DNA of 60,977 bases, counting the filler, from Rhizaria sp. SCN 62-66 (taxonomy: Eukaryota): the NCBI GenBank assembly GCA_001724265.1. It is 4 parts of 4 records of this genome, joined end to end, with 100 filler letters (N's around TTAATTAATTAA, not from the genome) between each part and the next. Parts side by side here need not be neighbours in the genome. Positions count along the whole stretch, not along the records: positions 45,516 to 60,977 come from MEDY01000502.1; 3 more parts are not named here. The stretch is one strand, 5' to 3'. A program made the position numbers and the translations under genes. Below are positions 45,517 to 56,956 of the stretch, in pieces. The notes under the pieces were generated by a model. That model was not told the DNA's origin. It was given only the letters and a program-made list of their open reading frames with translations, and searched no databases. Each line of letters begins with the position of its first letter. Positions within the stretch are counted from its first letter, which is position 1.

Positions 45517-46299
45517 ATCGCCACCGACGGCGTCTTCAGCATGGACGGCCACATCGCCGACCTCCGCTCCATCTGCGACCTCGCCGACCGCTACAACGCG
45601 CTTGTGTTTGTCGACGACGCCCACTCCACTGGCTTCGTCGGCAAGACCGGCCGCGGCACTGCCGAGCACTGCGGTGTACAGGTACGCTCACTTTCAGCAG
45701 AAATATATCGATCTTACATGAAATCATGCTATTTTACAACATTTATATCACATATTTACGAAGTATTTACTTTGTAAAACGCGTGTATATTGTAGCTTTC
45801 GAACGTATTCACCGACTTCTGCTATGTTTTGTCCCTTTTACGCAATCGCAGGACCGTGTCGACATTATCAACTCGACCCTCGGCAAGGCGATGGGTGGCG
45901 CGTCCGGCGGCTACACTACGGGCCCCAAGGAGGTTGTCGACATTCTCCGCAACAAGGCGCGCCCTTACCTCTTCTCCAACTCGATCGCGCCCCCGCTGGT
46001 GGCGGCGGCGCAGCAGGCCTTCGACCTCGTCTCGCGCGATACCACTTTGCGTGACAAGGTCGAGGCCAACACCACGCTCTTCCGCAAGCTCATGAGCGAG
46101 AACGGCTTCAACGTGCCCGGCGAGCACCCGATCGTGCCGGTGATGCTGGGTGACGCGAAGCTGGCGGGCGAGTTCGCGCGCGAGATGGTCAAGGAGGGCA
46201 TCTACGTCGTCGCCTTCTCCTACCCCGTCGTGCCCATGGGCAAGGCGCGCCGCTTGCGCCAAGGCATTCGCCGTTGTTAAGAAGCGCCTTAACGCGTAA
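45517..46299 (+). CDS. GCAT: Glycine C-acetyltransferase (2-amino-3-ketobutyrate CoA ligase), 5'-truncated (exons <45517-45681, 45852-46299), with apparent deletion/frameshift at about 46250
   Basis: [27 protein letters not shown], the PLP-lysine motif [33 protein letters not shown] and [12 protein letters not shown]. Confidence 0.9.
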
Positions 46300-46528
46300 A
46301 GAGGTTGCATCTCGTCAGTGCGTGTTTCATGTTAATGATGCTTTGACATTGATTTGCGAGTTTTTTTTCTTTCATTGAATGGTTATTATTATGTATTGCG
46401 AGTAGTATTTTAATAGAAACAAATAAAAATACTATGTTCAAAGTTAAAATCGAATTTATGTCAGTTTAGTTCAATCTATTCTTATATGTTTGCTCGTAAG
46501 TCAGTCGTCATAAGTTGTGATGCTAACT

Positions 46529-49500
46529 TTACTTACGGGGAGTTGCGGCGATTTCTTGCGAGAGCACAGCCATGATCGACTCCAGTCCCTTCGCACGAGG
46601 TGAAGTAATCTCAGCGGTACTCGAGCTCCCATTAGTAGAGCTGTTGTTATTGGATGTAACAGCATTCGCGCTCGACTTATCTGACAGCGAATCAGCCGTG
46701 CGGGCGAAATGGCCGGGCAACGGGCGCGGTGTCGTCATTACCGAGGAGCTGGCTTTGCTGTTGCTGCTGCTAGCACGAACCGTGTTAGTTTTTGCGAAAA
46801 TGACCCCGACATTACTTGCATGCACATGCGGCTGCTGCTGCTGCTGTTGCTGAGACTGCTTATTACTGGTTGTGGTATAAGCAGGGAAGGGTGACGGCGG
46901 CACAAACACACTTTGGTTCAACATCATACTCGTGTTGTTGTTCCCGTTACTGACAGCTCCCTCATTCCGTTGCTGCTGCTGCTGGTACGCGAGAGCAGCC
47001 GCCTTATCGACAGCATGACCATGAGTGTTGTTAACAATGCCCTGCTGAACAGTGCTCCCAGGCACAGCAGCGGCGGCGTTCACCACAGCGGCGGCGGCCG
47101 CGGCCGCCGTGGTCGTGTTGACGAGCGACTCGTTGAGCTCCTCGAGTGCCAGCGCGGCCGCGCCCGCCTCCTCCTCGCTGGCGAACAGACGGCCCTTGCC
47201 GGCGCGGTGCGCGTGGTTCAGCCAGCGGATGCAGAGCCCCACGCGACGCCGCACGTCGCGCACCAGCCCCTCAGCCTCCGCCGCAACCGAGTGCAGACGA
47301 CGCGTATTGGCAGCGACGGCGCGGCCGACGGTGATGACGTCGTCGCCGACCCGCGCCAGCCCGCTCTCGGTGTCGCTGCGGAATGCGGCGGTCTCGCTGC
47401 GTAGCGCGGCCGTCTCGCTGCTGATGTTGCGCTCCAGCGCGGCGACGGTGGACGCAAGCTGTTCGGGGATGGTCTCGGTCACGGCAACCTCAAGCGACGC
47501 CAGCTGCGCCGTGTTGGCAGCGGCGGCGCTCGCGGCGCCCTCGGCGACAGTCGCCGCGACAGCGGCGGCCGACGCGGCCGAGTCAGCACGCTTCTCAGCC
47601 GCTGAGGCAGCCACAGTCGCCGCGGTCGCCGCCGCGGTGGCAGACGCGACGCGGTCTGTCAGCGTCGCGAAGACAACAGAGCCCTCGACCGCGGCGTCCA
47701 CGAGCGCGACGTTCAGCTTATTACTGCTGCTGCCGTAGTTGCTGTGCGTAGTGACGGTGGCGACAGCGGCAGTGAGATCCGAGACTGCGGCTTCCGCGGC
47801 AGCGACGCGATCGGTCAGAGCGCGCGCCGCGTCCGTCGCTCGGGCCGCCGCCGCAGTCGCTGCGGCCGTAGATGAGGACCCATCCGCGCCCGCCGTGATC
47901 GCGGCGAACGCGGAGACGCGGGCGCTGAGCTCCGCGCCCGCAGCGCGCGCGGCGCTGGCGTCGTTCGCAGCCGCAGCGGCTGTCGCGGTAGCGGACTCAG
48001 CTTCGGCCATAGCAGTCGCGGCGGCGTCAGCGGCCGCAGTCGCGGTCGCGGCGGTGTCGGCGAGCTCGGCCTGTACGCAGTCGAGCGTCTCATCGTGGCT
48101 GCTCACAGTCACCTGGAGCGCGGCAACGCCCGCGGCTGCGGACTCGGAGCCCTCGGTGACCTCGTCGATGCGGTCCGCGATGGCGGCGAGCACCTCATCC
48201 ACCTTGTCGACGCGCGCGACGACGTTGGCCACGCTCGCGGTGACCGCGGCGACGCTCGCGCTCACAGTTGCGCTCATGTTTCTCACGGTCGCGCTGGCGC
48301 TGTTTGCCGCCACGCTCGCAGTGTCGGCCGTCGCGATGGCCGTGTCCGCGGTCGTGTTGGCCGCGGTGACGCTCGCGGCGAGCACGCGCACGCCCTGCAC
48401 GGCCTCAGTAGCCAGCGCGTGCGCGCTGTGCGCAGTCTCCACAGCGCGCGTCGCCAAGTCGCGCACGGCGGCCGACTCGGCGATGAAGCCCATGTCAGCG
48501 TGCTTGCCGCTATTGTTACTACTCGCGCCGCTGCTGTGTTGCAAGAGATCAAGCCGCGTCGTGAGCGACTCGACGTAGCGACCCGTCTCGGCAGTGCTCG
48601 CGCGGGCCTCGGCAGCCGCGATGCGCGCCTCAGTCGCCGTGGCCTCCGCCGACTTGGCGGCGGTCCGCGCCTCGTGCGCAAGGCTCGTCGCGACCTCCAT
48701 GCTGCGCAATGCCGTGTCCACGCCGTCGCTGAGCGCGGAGCACGCGGCCGCGGCGTCGCGCACCTGGCTCTGCAGCGTCGCGACGGCAGCCACAGTGTCG
48801 CCGCCAGCGGGAGCATCAGTGTGAGCCGCCGTCGCCGGAGCACCGTTGTAATTTTTGCCGTTGTCGTTGAGAGCCTGTTCGGTAGCAGCCACGCGCGATG
48901 CGAGCGCTGTGAGCGCCTCCGCGACCTCCGTGCCGAGCGCGTCAACAGCGGCATTCGCGGCCTCAGTTGCCAGCGCAGTGACCCCAGCAGCACCGATGCT
49001 CGCGTCACTGCCGGTGCTACTGCCAGCACGACTGTGCTGCTGAAGCTCCGCGAGAGCCTGGTCCAAGCTATGAATCGCGCCGCCCTGCTCCGCCACAGCC
49101 GCGTCCCGCTGCTCGTTGCGCGCAGCAACCTCGGCGGCAGCGGCGTCGACGTCGCGCCGCCACAGCGCGATGCCGGTGATCGCGTCAGCGACCTCGCCGC
49201 GCAGCGCTTCAGCCGCCTCGCTCGCGCTCTCGGCCGCGCCGTGCGCCCGCGTTGCAGCAACCTGTGCCATCTCGGCCGCACCGTGCGCTGCGGTGGCAGT
49301 GCTGCGTGCGCTCTCGGCGGTGCTGTAGGTGGATTCGGCCAGCGCACTGGCGGCGGCGGCGGCGGCGTCGGCGGCCGCGGCAGCATCAGCGGCAGCGGTG
49401 GCCTTCTTGAGAGCCGCTGCGGCAGTGGTCTGCGCAGTCGTCGCGGCCGTGAGCGCAGGGCGTGTCGCCGTAGTTACAGCAGCAGAGACTTCGCTCTCGA

Positions 49501-52500
49501 GCTCAGAAAGAGTCACATAGCGCTCGCTGTCACTGCTCGCGGCAATGCGCTCACGCTCACTGCTGCTGCTCTTCGTGCCGGCGTTCGCGGTCGTCCCGGT
49601 GCGCGCGGAGCGGGCACTGGCTGCGGCGTCAGCGGCAGCCTCAGCAGCGTCCGTCGCCGCAGAAGCCGCGGCTTCGGCATGCTGACGTGCTTGACGCTGG
49701 CTGGCCGTGACGCGCTGCTCGCAGTCGCCCACGCGCTGCTGACAGTCGCCCACACGCTGCTCGCAGTCGCGCACAGCGTCAGAGAGCGCGCGCTCACAGT
49801 CGCTGAGACGCTGCTCGCACGCACTGACACGTTGCTCACAGTCACCCAAAGGGGCATTGCCACGTGAGCTGCTGCTGATCGAAGAGGTGTACTTTGCACT
49901 AACTTTTGAAGATGCAAGAGCACCAGCAGTGAAACCGTCAAGCGCTTGCTGAACCGTGCTCACAGTCACCTCGAGGCCGCCCACAGTGGCGCTGACGGCG
50001 CCCACGGTCGCTTCGAGCCCGTTGAGCCCGCGGTCAACGCGCGCGAGCGTGGAGCCCATGGAGCCCACGGTGGCACCCATGCTGCCCACAGTCACTCCGA
50101 GCTTCGCCACCGTCGCCTCGAGCTCAGCCGTCGTCTTTGTCGTGCTAGATTCCGCAGACAGTGTGCTGGGGTGGCTCTGATTCTGGCTCTGGTTGAGATT
50201 GTTATTGCTCGTGATCGCGGCGGTCAGGGCGTCGAGCCTCGCGGCGTTGGCGGTCGCAACAGCGTCGAGCTTGGCCGCTGTTGCCGCAGTGACGCTGTCG
50301 AGCTGCGCAACTTTCGCAATGACATCGGCGGTCGCCGCGTCGATAGCAGTGGCAACAGCAGCACGCAGCACAGGACTGCTTGCGCTGTTCGCACTACTCG
50401 CTGCATGAGCGCTCGTGTTGGCCTTAAAGTTATTCACAGTAGTCGTAGCTTCAGCAGCAGAAGCCTGCGCACTCGTAGCGAGCGCATGCGCACTGTTCGC
50501 ATTCGCGTTCGCCGTCGTCGACAGCGTCTGCGCGCTGCTCGCGGTCGCTTGCGCTGCGGCGACGTCGCCGCGCAGCGCTTCCACGGCCTCCGACGCGGCG
50601 TGCGCGGCGGCGGCGGTGGGCGCGAGCTGTGCAAAGACGAACTTCTGCACTGCGGCACTGACAGCGCCGCTGGAGACGGAGGAGCTGAGACCGAGGCCGA
50701 GCGGGGGCTCGTGCAGGTGCGATGTCCGCAGCACAAACGAGGCATCAGCACCGCCGTCGTTGGCGTGCGCGTTGTTCGCCGCAAAGATGCTGTTACCGTT
50801 GCCGCTATTGCCGTTGACATTGTTGTTGCTCGTGAACGTCGCGAGCGTGTTGACGTCGCTGCGCAGCGTCGCGAGCCCGCGCGCCAGGCCGCGCACCTCG
50901 GTGCCCAGCTGAGACAGCGCGCGGCCAACCGCGCCCGCGCCCGCGGCGGCGTCGGCGTCGGCCGCGGCGCTGCTCGAGAGCTGCTGACTCAGCATCGCAG
51001 TGGCGACCTCGTGGCGCACGCTCTCGCGCAGCCGCGGCAGCAGCGACGCCAGCACGTTCGCGCTCACGCCGCCCGCGCCAGCAGCAGCAGCAGCGGCGGC
51101 GTTGCTGCCGAGGAGGTCGCCGCCGTCACTGCTCAAGTACGACCCCACCGTGTTGGTGAGCGATGTAACGCGGGCGTCGAGCGCGGTGACCTGCCTGCGC
51201 AGCGCGGCGCCGAGGCGCCCGCACTCCTCCTCCGCCGCAGCCGCAGCGGTCGCGGCGCCAGACGCAGCGCGCTTGGCGCCGTCGGTGTCGCTCTTGACGG
51301 AGCTGACGTCACTCTTCACAGCCGTGAAGTCGCTCTTAAAGGCATTGACGTCGAGCTTGATAGCAGAGATCTCATTCTTGACCGCCACAGCCTCGGCCCT
51401 GGCAGCAGTGGCCTCAGCCTTGGCCGCCACCGCCTCGGCCCTAGCGGCCGCGGCTTCCTTCTTCGCCGTGGCCGCGGCCTCCGCTTCTGCGACGGCAGCC
51501 CGCTGCAGCTCGCGCATCACGCCCGCCACCGCGGCGACGTTGCCGACGAGCGCGTTGTGCGCCGTCTCCAGCTCCGCGCTCGCGCTCTGCAACGACTCCG
51601 CGGCCGCGGCGGCGGCGCGGGCCTCCCGCAGCGCCGCGGCCGCCGTGTTGTTCGCCGCGGCCGCCGTGGAGGTCGCGGAGGCGGCGGCGGCGGAGGCGGC
51701 GGCTGCGGCGGCCGCGGCGTCCGCGGCGACGTCACTCACAGCCTGTTGCTGCTGCTGTTGTTGCTGCTGCAGACTCGCGCTCATGTGGCTGTTGTTAAGG
51801 CCGCTGCTGTTGTTGTTCGTGGTCAGGTGGCGAGTCAGCGCAGCGGCGACGGCCTCGTGAGCAGCCGCCTCGAAGTCAAGCCGCATCCCGACCAGCCTCT
51901 GCTCGAGCACTGCCGCCGCCGCAGCTTCGGCCTCTGCCCGCGCGCGCGCCAGCTTCTGCTCAAACGCGTTCTCAGCGGCCGCCAGCGCGCGCGTAGCCGC
52001 AGCGGCTGAGGCAGACGCTGCGGCCGCCGCGGCCTCGGCGCTCTCCGCGCGCGCCGCCAGCGCGTCCGCCGTGGCCGCAGCGTGCGCTGCCGCGGCAACG
52101 GCGCTGTCGCGGGCGCGGTCTTTGGCCGCGGCGTCCTGCGCGCGCTGCCATTGCTGCCACTGCTCGCGCCACGCCTCCTGCTGCCGCGCCGCCTCGGCCA
52201 CAGCCGTCTTGGCGGCGGCGGTCTCCGTGGCGGCCGCGGCGGCCGCGGCGGCGGCGCGCTCCTCGGCCGCCGCGATGCGCTGCTCCAACTCGACCGCGCG
52301 CTGGGCCGAGAGCGCGGCGCGCGCGGCGGCGGTGTCGTCCGCGGCGGCCGCGGAGGAGCGCGCGAGCGCGAGCATGTCCTCGTTGAGACGCAGGCGCGCG
52401 TCGACCTTCTCGAAGCGCGTGTCCGCGGCGAGGACGTACGCGCGCAGGGACTCGATCTCCTGCAGCAGCACGGTGTTCTGCGCCGACGAGTGCAGCATCA

Positions 52501-53053
52501 GGCGCGCGTGGGCCTGCGCGTCGGTGACGGCGAGAACGGAGCCCGGCGCCGCGGGGTTCACAGTGGCAGCGGGCGCGGGCAGAGAGAGATGTGGCTGCTG
52601 CGACTGCGCCTGAGAGGGCGGGTAGTGATGCTGTTGCTGTTGTTGAGGGGTTGCAACAGGAACAAGATGCTGCTGGTACTGATACTGCTGTTGCAGCTGT
52701 TGCTGGTCTTGCTGCTGCTCTTGCGACGCGAGGATGGCCTCGAGCTCCCGAATCGTGTGCTTAAGGTTACGCGGGCTCAGCGGCGACGCCTCGACCCCGC
52801 TCTGTTGCTGCTGCACATAAGACGAAGAGGCTGAGGGAACAACGGTGGCACGGGGTAGCGGCTGCAAAGTCGATGCTGATGAGGATGAAGAGGATGACGA
52901 CGAGGACGGGTACTGGTGCTGGTGTGCAGGCGCGGTGTTGGGCGCGGCGGGGAGGGCGGGACCTACCAGGTGGTGGTGTTGCTGTTGCTGTGATGCCAAG
53001 AAAGCATACGTGCCCGGTGAAACGCCAGCACGTGCTGGTGTAACAAAACTCAT
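46529..53053 (-). CDS. Large intronless Ala-rich coiled-coil protein, about 2174 aa, unknown function
   Basis: A 6.5-kb uninterrupted frame from ATG 53053 with extensive heptad patterns and Gln-rich ends. Stop is TAA. Confidence 0.75.
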   Translation of the reverse strand: MSFVTPARAGVSPGTYAFLASQQQQHHHLVGPALPAAPNTAPAHQHQYPSSSSSSSSSSASTLQPLPRATVVPSASSSYVQQQQSGVEASPLSPRNLKHTIRELEAILASQEQQQDQQQLQQQYQYQQHLVPVATPQQQQQHHYPPSQAQSQQPHLSLPAPAATVNPAAPGSVLAVTDAQAHARLMLHSSAQNTVLLQEIESLRAYVLAADTRFEKVDARLRLNEDMLALARSSAAAADDTAAARAALSAQRAVELEQRIAAAEERAAAAAAAAATETAAAKTAVAEAARQQEAWREQWQQWQRAQDAAAKDRARDSAVAAAAHAAATADALAARAESAEAAAAAASASAAAATRALAAAENAFEQKLARARAEAEAAAAAVLEQRLVGMRLDFEAAAHEAVAAALTRHLTTNNNSSGLNNSHMSASLQQQQQQQQQAVSDVAADAAAAAAAASAAAASATSTAAAANNTAAAALREARAAAAAAESLQSASAELETAHNALVGNVAAVAGVMRELQRAAVAEAEAAATAKKEAAAARAEAVAAKAEATAARAEAVAVKNEISAIKLDVNAFKSDFTAVKSDVSSVKSDTDGAKRAASGAATAAAAAEEECGRLGAALRRQVTALDARVTSLTNTVGSYLSSDGGDLLGSNAAAAAAAGAGGVSANVLASLLPRLRESVRHEVATAMLSQQLSSSAAADADAAAGAGAVGRALSQLGTEVRGLARGLATLRSDVNTLATFTSNNNVNGNSGNGNSIFAANNAHANDGGADASFVLRTSHLHEPPLGLGLSSSVSSGAVSAAVQKFVFAQLAPTAAAAHAASEAVEALRGDVAAAQATASSAQTLSTTANANANSAHALATSAQASAAEATTTVNNFKANTSAHAASSANSASSPVLRAAVATAIDAATADVIAKVAQLDSVTAATAAKLDAVATANAARLDALTAAITSNNNLNQSQNQSHPSTLSAESSTTKTTAELEATVAKLGVTVGSMGATVGSMGSTLARVDRGLNGLEATVGAVSATVGGLEVTVSTVQQALDGFTAGALASSKVSAKYTSSISSSSRGNAPLGDCEQRVSACEQRLSDCERALSDAVRDCEQRVGDCQQRVGDCEQRVTASQRQARQHAEAAASAATDAAEAAADAAASARSARTGTTANAGTKSSSSERERIAASSDSERYVTLSELESEVSAAVTTATRPALTAATTAQTTAAAALKKATAAADAAAAADAAAAAASALAESTYSTAESARSTATAAHGAAEMAQVAATRAHGAAESASEAAEALRGEVADAITGIALWRRDVDAAAAEVAARNEQRDAAVAEQGGAIHSLDQALAELQQHSRAGSSTGSDASIGAAGVTALATEAANAAVDALGTEVAEALTALASRVAATEQALNDNGKNYNGAPATAAHTDAPAGGDTVAAVATLQSQVRDAAAACSALSDGVDTALRSMEVATSLAHEARTAAKSAEATATEARIAAAEARASTAETGRYVESLTTRLDLLQHSSGASSNNSGKHADMGFIAESAAVRDLATRAVETAHSAHALATEAVQGVRVLAASVTAANTTADTAIATADTASVAANSASATVRNMSATVSASVAAVTASVANVVARVDKVDEVLAAIADRIDEVTEGSESAAAGVAALQVTVSSHDETLDCVQAELADTAATATAAADAAATAMAEAESATATAAAAANDASAARAAGAELSARVSAFAAITAGADGSSSTAAATAAAARATDAARALTDRVAAAEAAVSDLTAAVATVTTHSNYGSSSNKLNVALVDAAVEGSVVFATLTDRVASATAAATAATVAASAAEKRADSAASAAAVAATVAEGAASAAAANTAQLASLEVAVTETIPEQLASTVAALERNISSETAALRSETAAFRSDTESGLARVGDDVITVGRAVAANTRRLHSVAAEAEGLVRDVRRRVGLCIRWLNHAHRAGKGRLFASEEEAGAAALALEELNESLVNTTTAAAAAAAVVNAAAAVPGSTVQQGIVNNTHGHAVDKAAALAYQQQQQRNEGAVSNGNNNTSMMLNQSVFVPPSPFPAYTTTSNKQSQQQQQQQPHVHASNVGVIFAKTNTVRASSSNSKASSSVMTTPRPLPGHFARTADSLSDKSSANAVTSNNNSSTNGSSSTAEITSPRAKGLESIMAVLSQEIAATPRK

Positions 53054-53559
53054 TGCGACAGCGGTATAGCAGCCGAGGTAGCGAGTGCTATGCGCGGGCA
53101 GAGCCAGGTCAGTTAGCAGGCACAAAGCAGATCGTTGTTGAGTTCGCGCGCTTCCTGACGAGATGTTAATAGTAATAAGATAGAAGTGAGTTTGATTCTA
53201 TATTAGTAACCATACATTTCAGTTATCATAGTTCGACTACAGGCAGTTTGACGATCAAACGAACGAGAATGGTGTCATTATTTGTAGGCGCAAGCCTCAC
53301 ATCTAAACTGTCACCTCCTGTTGACACTGCAAACAGTGCAATTTCACTCAAAAGTCGTGATTTTATGATCAAGATGATATATGATCATAGTATATTTTGA
53401 ATATATAATACAATACAAATATAGAAACAAAATATCAATCACTATGTATTCTACGAGTTCATATACTCAGAGTTCTCAGTGGCCCTAAATCAAAGTAGCC
53501 TCTGACCCCAGTGACGAGCAGAAAGGCAGCAGTGGATATCACTATATTTTCTCGCTCGT

Positions 53560-53905
53560 TCACTGCGCAGGCATCCTGCCGTACAAACTCGCGGCCTCCC
53601 TGCCCTGCGCAGCCTCCGCCTCGCCCGCACCCGCATTCGCTGCGCCCTCGGGGTTGCCCGCGCCGCCCTCTTCCTGCGGCGCGCTGCCACTCAGCAGCGC
53701 GTGTGCCTGCGCCTGCGTCATGCCCTGGGCCTTGGCCAGCGCCGCCGCGGCGTCCGCCCAGCCCTGCGCGCGCCCCGCGGCAGCGGCGTCGCACAGCATC
53801 GTCAGCACGCGGTCCTCGCGCGCGTCCCCGCTCAGCGGCGCGGCGCTGGCCGCCACTGCGCTCGAGATGAGCTCATCTGAGGCATAGGCGACACCGCCAG
53901 GCTGA

Positions 53906-53936
<31 letters not shown>

Positions 53937-55070
53937 GCTGGGCGGTCGCGGCGAGGGTCTCCTGCTTCACGGCGAGCATGTCCGATAGTAGTTGCGCCTT
54001 CGCTACGGCGGCCTCGGCGGAGTCAGGCCCAGGGACGGCAGCAGCGGCAGTGGCGCCGCTGCCGTTACCGTTGCGGGTGATGTTGCCAGAGTTCATCGCG
54101 TTGTTGCCGCTGCTGCTGTTGCTATTGGCGAGGGCAACCGCGTCGTCGCGCTCGCGCTGCAGCGCCTCCGCGCGCGCGCTCACAGTCGCGAGCTGCGCCT
54201 GGAGCGAGTCGAGCTGCAGCCGCAGGCCCTCGACCAGGCTGCCGCTGCTCCCTGCGCCGGCACTGTTGGCGGCGCTCAGAACGGACGCCGCAGCGATGGA
54301 CGAGTTCGCAACGGCGCCCTGCTGCTGCTTGCTCTGCTGCTGCTGTTGCTGCTGCTGCGCCCAGAGGCGGGACTGCAGCGACTCGGCCAGCGCCTGCAGC
54401 TCCGCGCGCTCCGAGCGCTGGCGGTCAACGTCGGTGGCCAGCGCGAGGTTCGTCAGCTGCACGAGTCGGCGCACCAGCTCCGCGTACGACGGGCAGGGAC
54501 CGAGCGAGGAGTCGATGCCGCCGCCGCCGCCCACGGCCGAGCCGGAGCCCGCGGCGCCGGCGCCCGCGGAGGAGGAGGCGCCGCTGGAACTGTTTGCGTT
54601 ACTGCCAGCTGAGGCGCCGCCAGAGGCGCCGGCGCCAGCGGTCGCGCCGAAAGCGAGCGGCACGGCCGAAGGTGGCGCGGGCGCGGTGAGGACGCGCGCG
54701 ACGGCAAGCTTGGCGTTGTCATGGACGGGGATGGCCGTGAGGCGCGGCTGCGACGGCAGGCCCAGGAGCGAGAGCGGAACCTCACTCGTGTCGAGGCCGA
54801 TCAGGCGACAGCCCTTGAGGCCGAAGATCTCTTGCACGCGGCGACGGAGGCCGCCAAGAGTGCCATCTGCAGATGATAAAAGCACGGGTGATAAGACAGA
54901 AAGTAGCATACAAGATGAGCCATGGACTGTCAGAGCGTTGATAAAAGGCAACTGAACGAGAGGCAGAGAGCGGAGTGAGCGAGAAAGGACGTACGTGTGT
55001 CAAATTCGATGGCCGCCTGCTTGTTGTTGCAGGTGACGTGAAACGTCACTAGGTCGGACTGCGAGCTCAT
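53560..55070 (-). CDS. Protein with a possible N-terminal ubiquitin-like/PB1-like domain and coiled coil (2 exons: 55070-54995, 54866-53560)
   Basis: Splicing a GTACGT..CAG intron gives MSSQSDLVTFHVTCNNKQAAIEFDTHGTLGGLRRRVQEIFGL, a beta-grasp-like pattern. Coiled-coil segments follow. Stop is TGA. Confidence 0.6.
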
Positions 55071-55614
55071 GGGTCGAGCGCGCGCTGGAAGACACATGCC
55101 GGGTCGTGGACGAGGGCGGAAGGGTCGGGACAGCAGTTACATTGGTGAGGGGTCGAGTGACGATCAAAACTGAGGATAGCACAATGCTTACATCGTCAGA
55201 TCAAATTTCAATAGTGAATCTAAATGTAAAGCAACAAATAAATTCGCAAACATTTGAAAATTCTTTAGGACATAACATTTCCGAGATGCTGGAGTCATTT
55301 GATCGACGATTCGAGGACCGAAGCAATGGAAACAGGCACATTGGGCCGGTTCGCAAAAAGTCGAGCATCAGTCAGACCGCTGCTGACCAACCGAAGCGAG
55401 GAGGAGATACGCGCTGAATGTGTGCTAGCTCTATTGGTCATATCTGCGAAATGTTGATTGATATTATATCACCACGCTGCACTCGGCTTTCCTTTCTTAT
55501 TACACGCATTGAGTCGTTGATCTCAATGCACTGTGCTATCCTTAACTTACGGCTATCATTTATCTTCCCTTCTCTATGATTCGCTCACTTCTTTCCACTA
55601 CAGCCGCCCCCACT

Positions 55615-56098
55615 ATGGACGTCACCAAGTTCGCCAACGAGATCAAGAAGGTATGGTGCATATAATGTCTATTCTGCCGTGATATTTGTCTCTAGCCTCT
55701 TCATATCACGCTACATCACAGCTCCTGCACCTGCTGACCCTTCCACTTCACCACTTCCTCCCTGCCTCATTTCCCGCACTCTCCAGTACTCCACCGTTCG
55801 CGAGGCCGACTACTTCCCCACCTCGTGGCCTCGCAGCGCTGTTACGGTTTCCTCTAAGTCCGCCAAGTCCTCCGCTGAGGCCTTCCAGGCCGCGTCCAGC
55901 GACGACTTCTGGTCCGCGCTCTCGGGCTACCTCGCGACCCAGTACTCCGCGGCCGAGGCGGAGAAGATCGCGCTCGAGTGCCGCCGCCAGTACGCCGCCA
56001 TGCTCACACACGCGTCTAAGGACACACTCGCGATGCTTGTCGACGAGGCCAAGGTCGTCGCGGCCGCCGCCAGCGCCAAGACCGAGCTCCTCGATTGA
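55615..56098 (+). CDS. Small Get5/UBL4A-C-terminus-like (TUGS-like) protein without ubiquitin-like domain (2 exons: 55615-55650, 55787-56098)
   Basis: FWSALSGYLATQYSAAEAEKIALECRRQYAAML resembles the UBL4A C-terminal helical domain pattern (W..+...L...+SAA+A.++....+.Y...L). Donor is GTATGG; stop is TGA. Confidence 0.5.
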
Positions 56099-56956
56099 GC
56101 GCACAGTCAGCACTTCTCTATGTACAGCAGATATGTCACCTTGGAGGCAACAATTCTTTCGCAAAATAGTTGCCGTATCGCAAGATACTACTGATTTGTG
56201 TTCATTTGTTGCTTAGTGATGTGATCTGATGCTGTGACAAAGACGCTAGAGATGTGGCACGTCTCTCTAAGGTTCTGCTTACGCTCCTTACTACTTACTT
56301 AGATTGGTCGACATGCGTGCTTAATGATGGCAGACAGGTGGCAACACGTGTTATAGACGTGAGTTTTGCTTGTTTTATGACTCATTGGACGCACAACGTC
56401 ACTCTGGCCAGTGAAGAAACATCAATACAAAAAACATCTCCTTAACTCGAAGCATAGCGAAACATATCTTCAGCTATGAGATGAATGATTTGAATGTTTA
56501 AGAGAGTTTATTGTTTGTAGTATCGTAATATAGATAATAACAAAGATACATAACTTTTTTTGTTTGGTTTTACATTGTTTAGAGCTGAGTAAACGGTCCC
56601 AAGTTACTTTGATCGTCGCAGTTAACTCCTAGTTGTAACGGAGAGAGCTGGAGGGGAAGAGGCGCAAACATGGGTGATGGTGGCTTGATACGTGTAACCG
56701 GCAAACGGCAGCGTCACACGTACATGCACTGAGGGGGAGCCTTGCGCTCTGAACATCAAGCAGATATCAAGCTTTAATGTTTTGAGGGCAGGGGAAAAAG
56801 AAAATATAGCATAAATGATTTGTCTTCTGTCTAAGACTGACTGACAACAAGTAATTTCAGTCAGTCAAGGCAGGATACAATAACAGCAACAACTGTCAGT
56901 CGCACAGCAACGCACTAGACCACAGCTGTGGCATGCAGCAGCCATAGACGGGCCGC

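Noticed and set aside
656-52834. Many long antisense or alternate-frame ORFs (e.g. 35027-37168 +, 49946-52009 +, 13084-14145 -, 30449-31921 -)
   Set aside because: They are shadow ORFs caused by high GC3 in the real genes and carry no independent motifs.
56835-56866. 10-bp inverted repeat GACTGACTGA...TCAGTCAGTC
   Set aside because: It is built from a simple tetranucleotide repeat and is plausible by chance.
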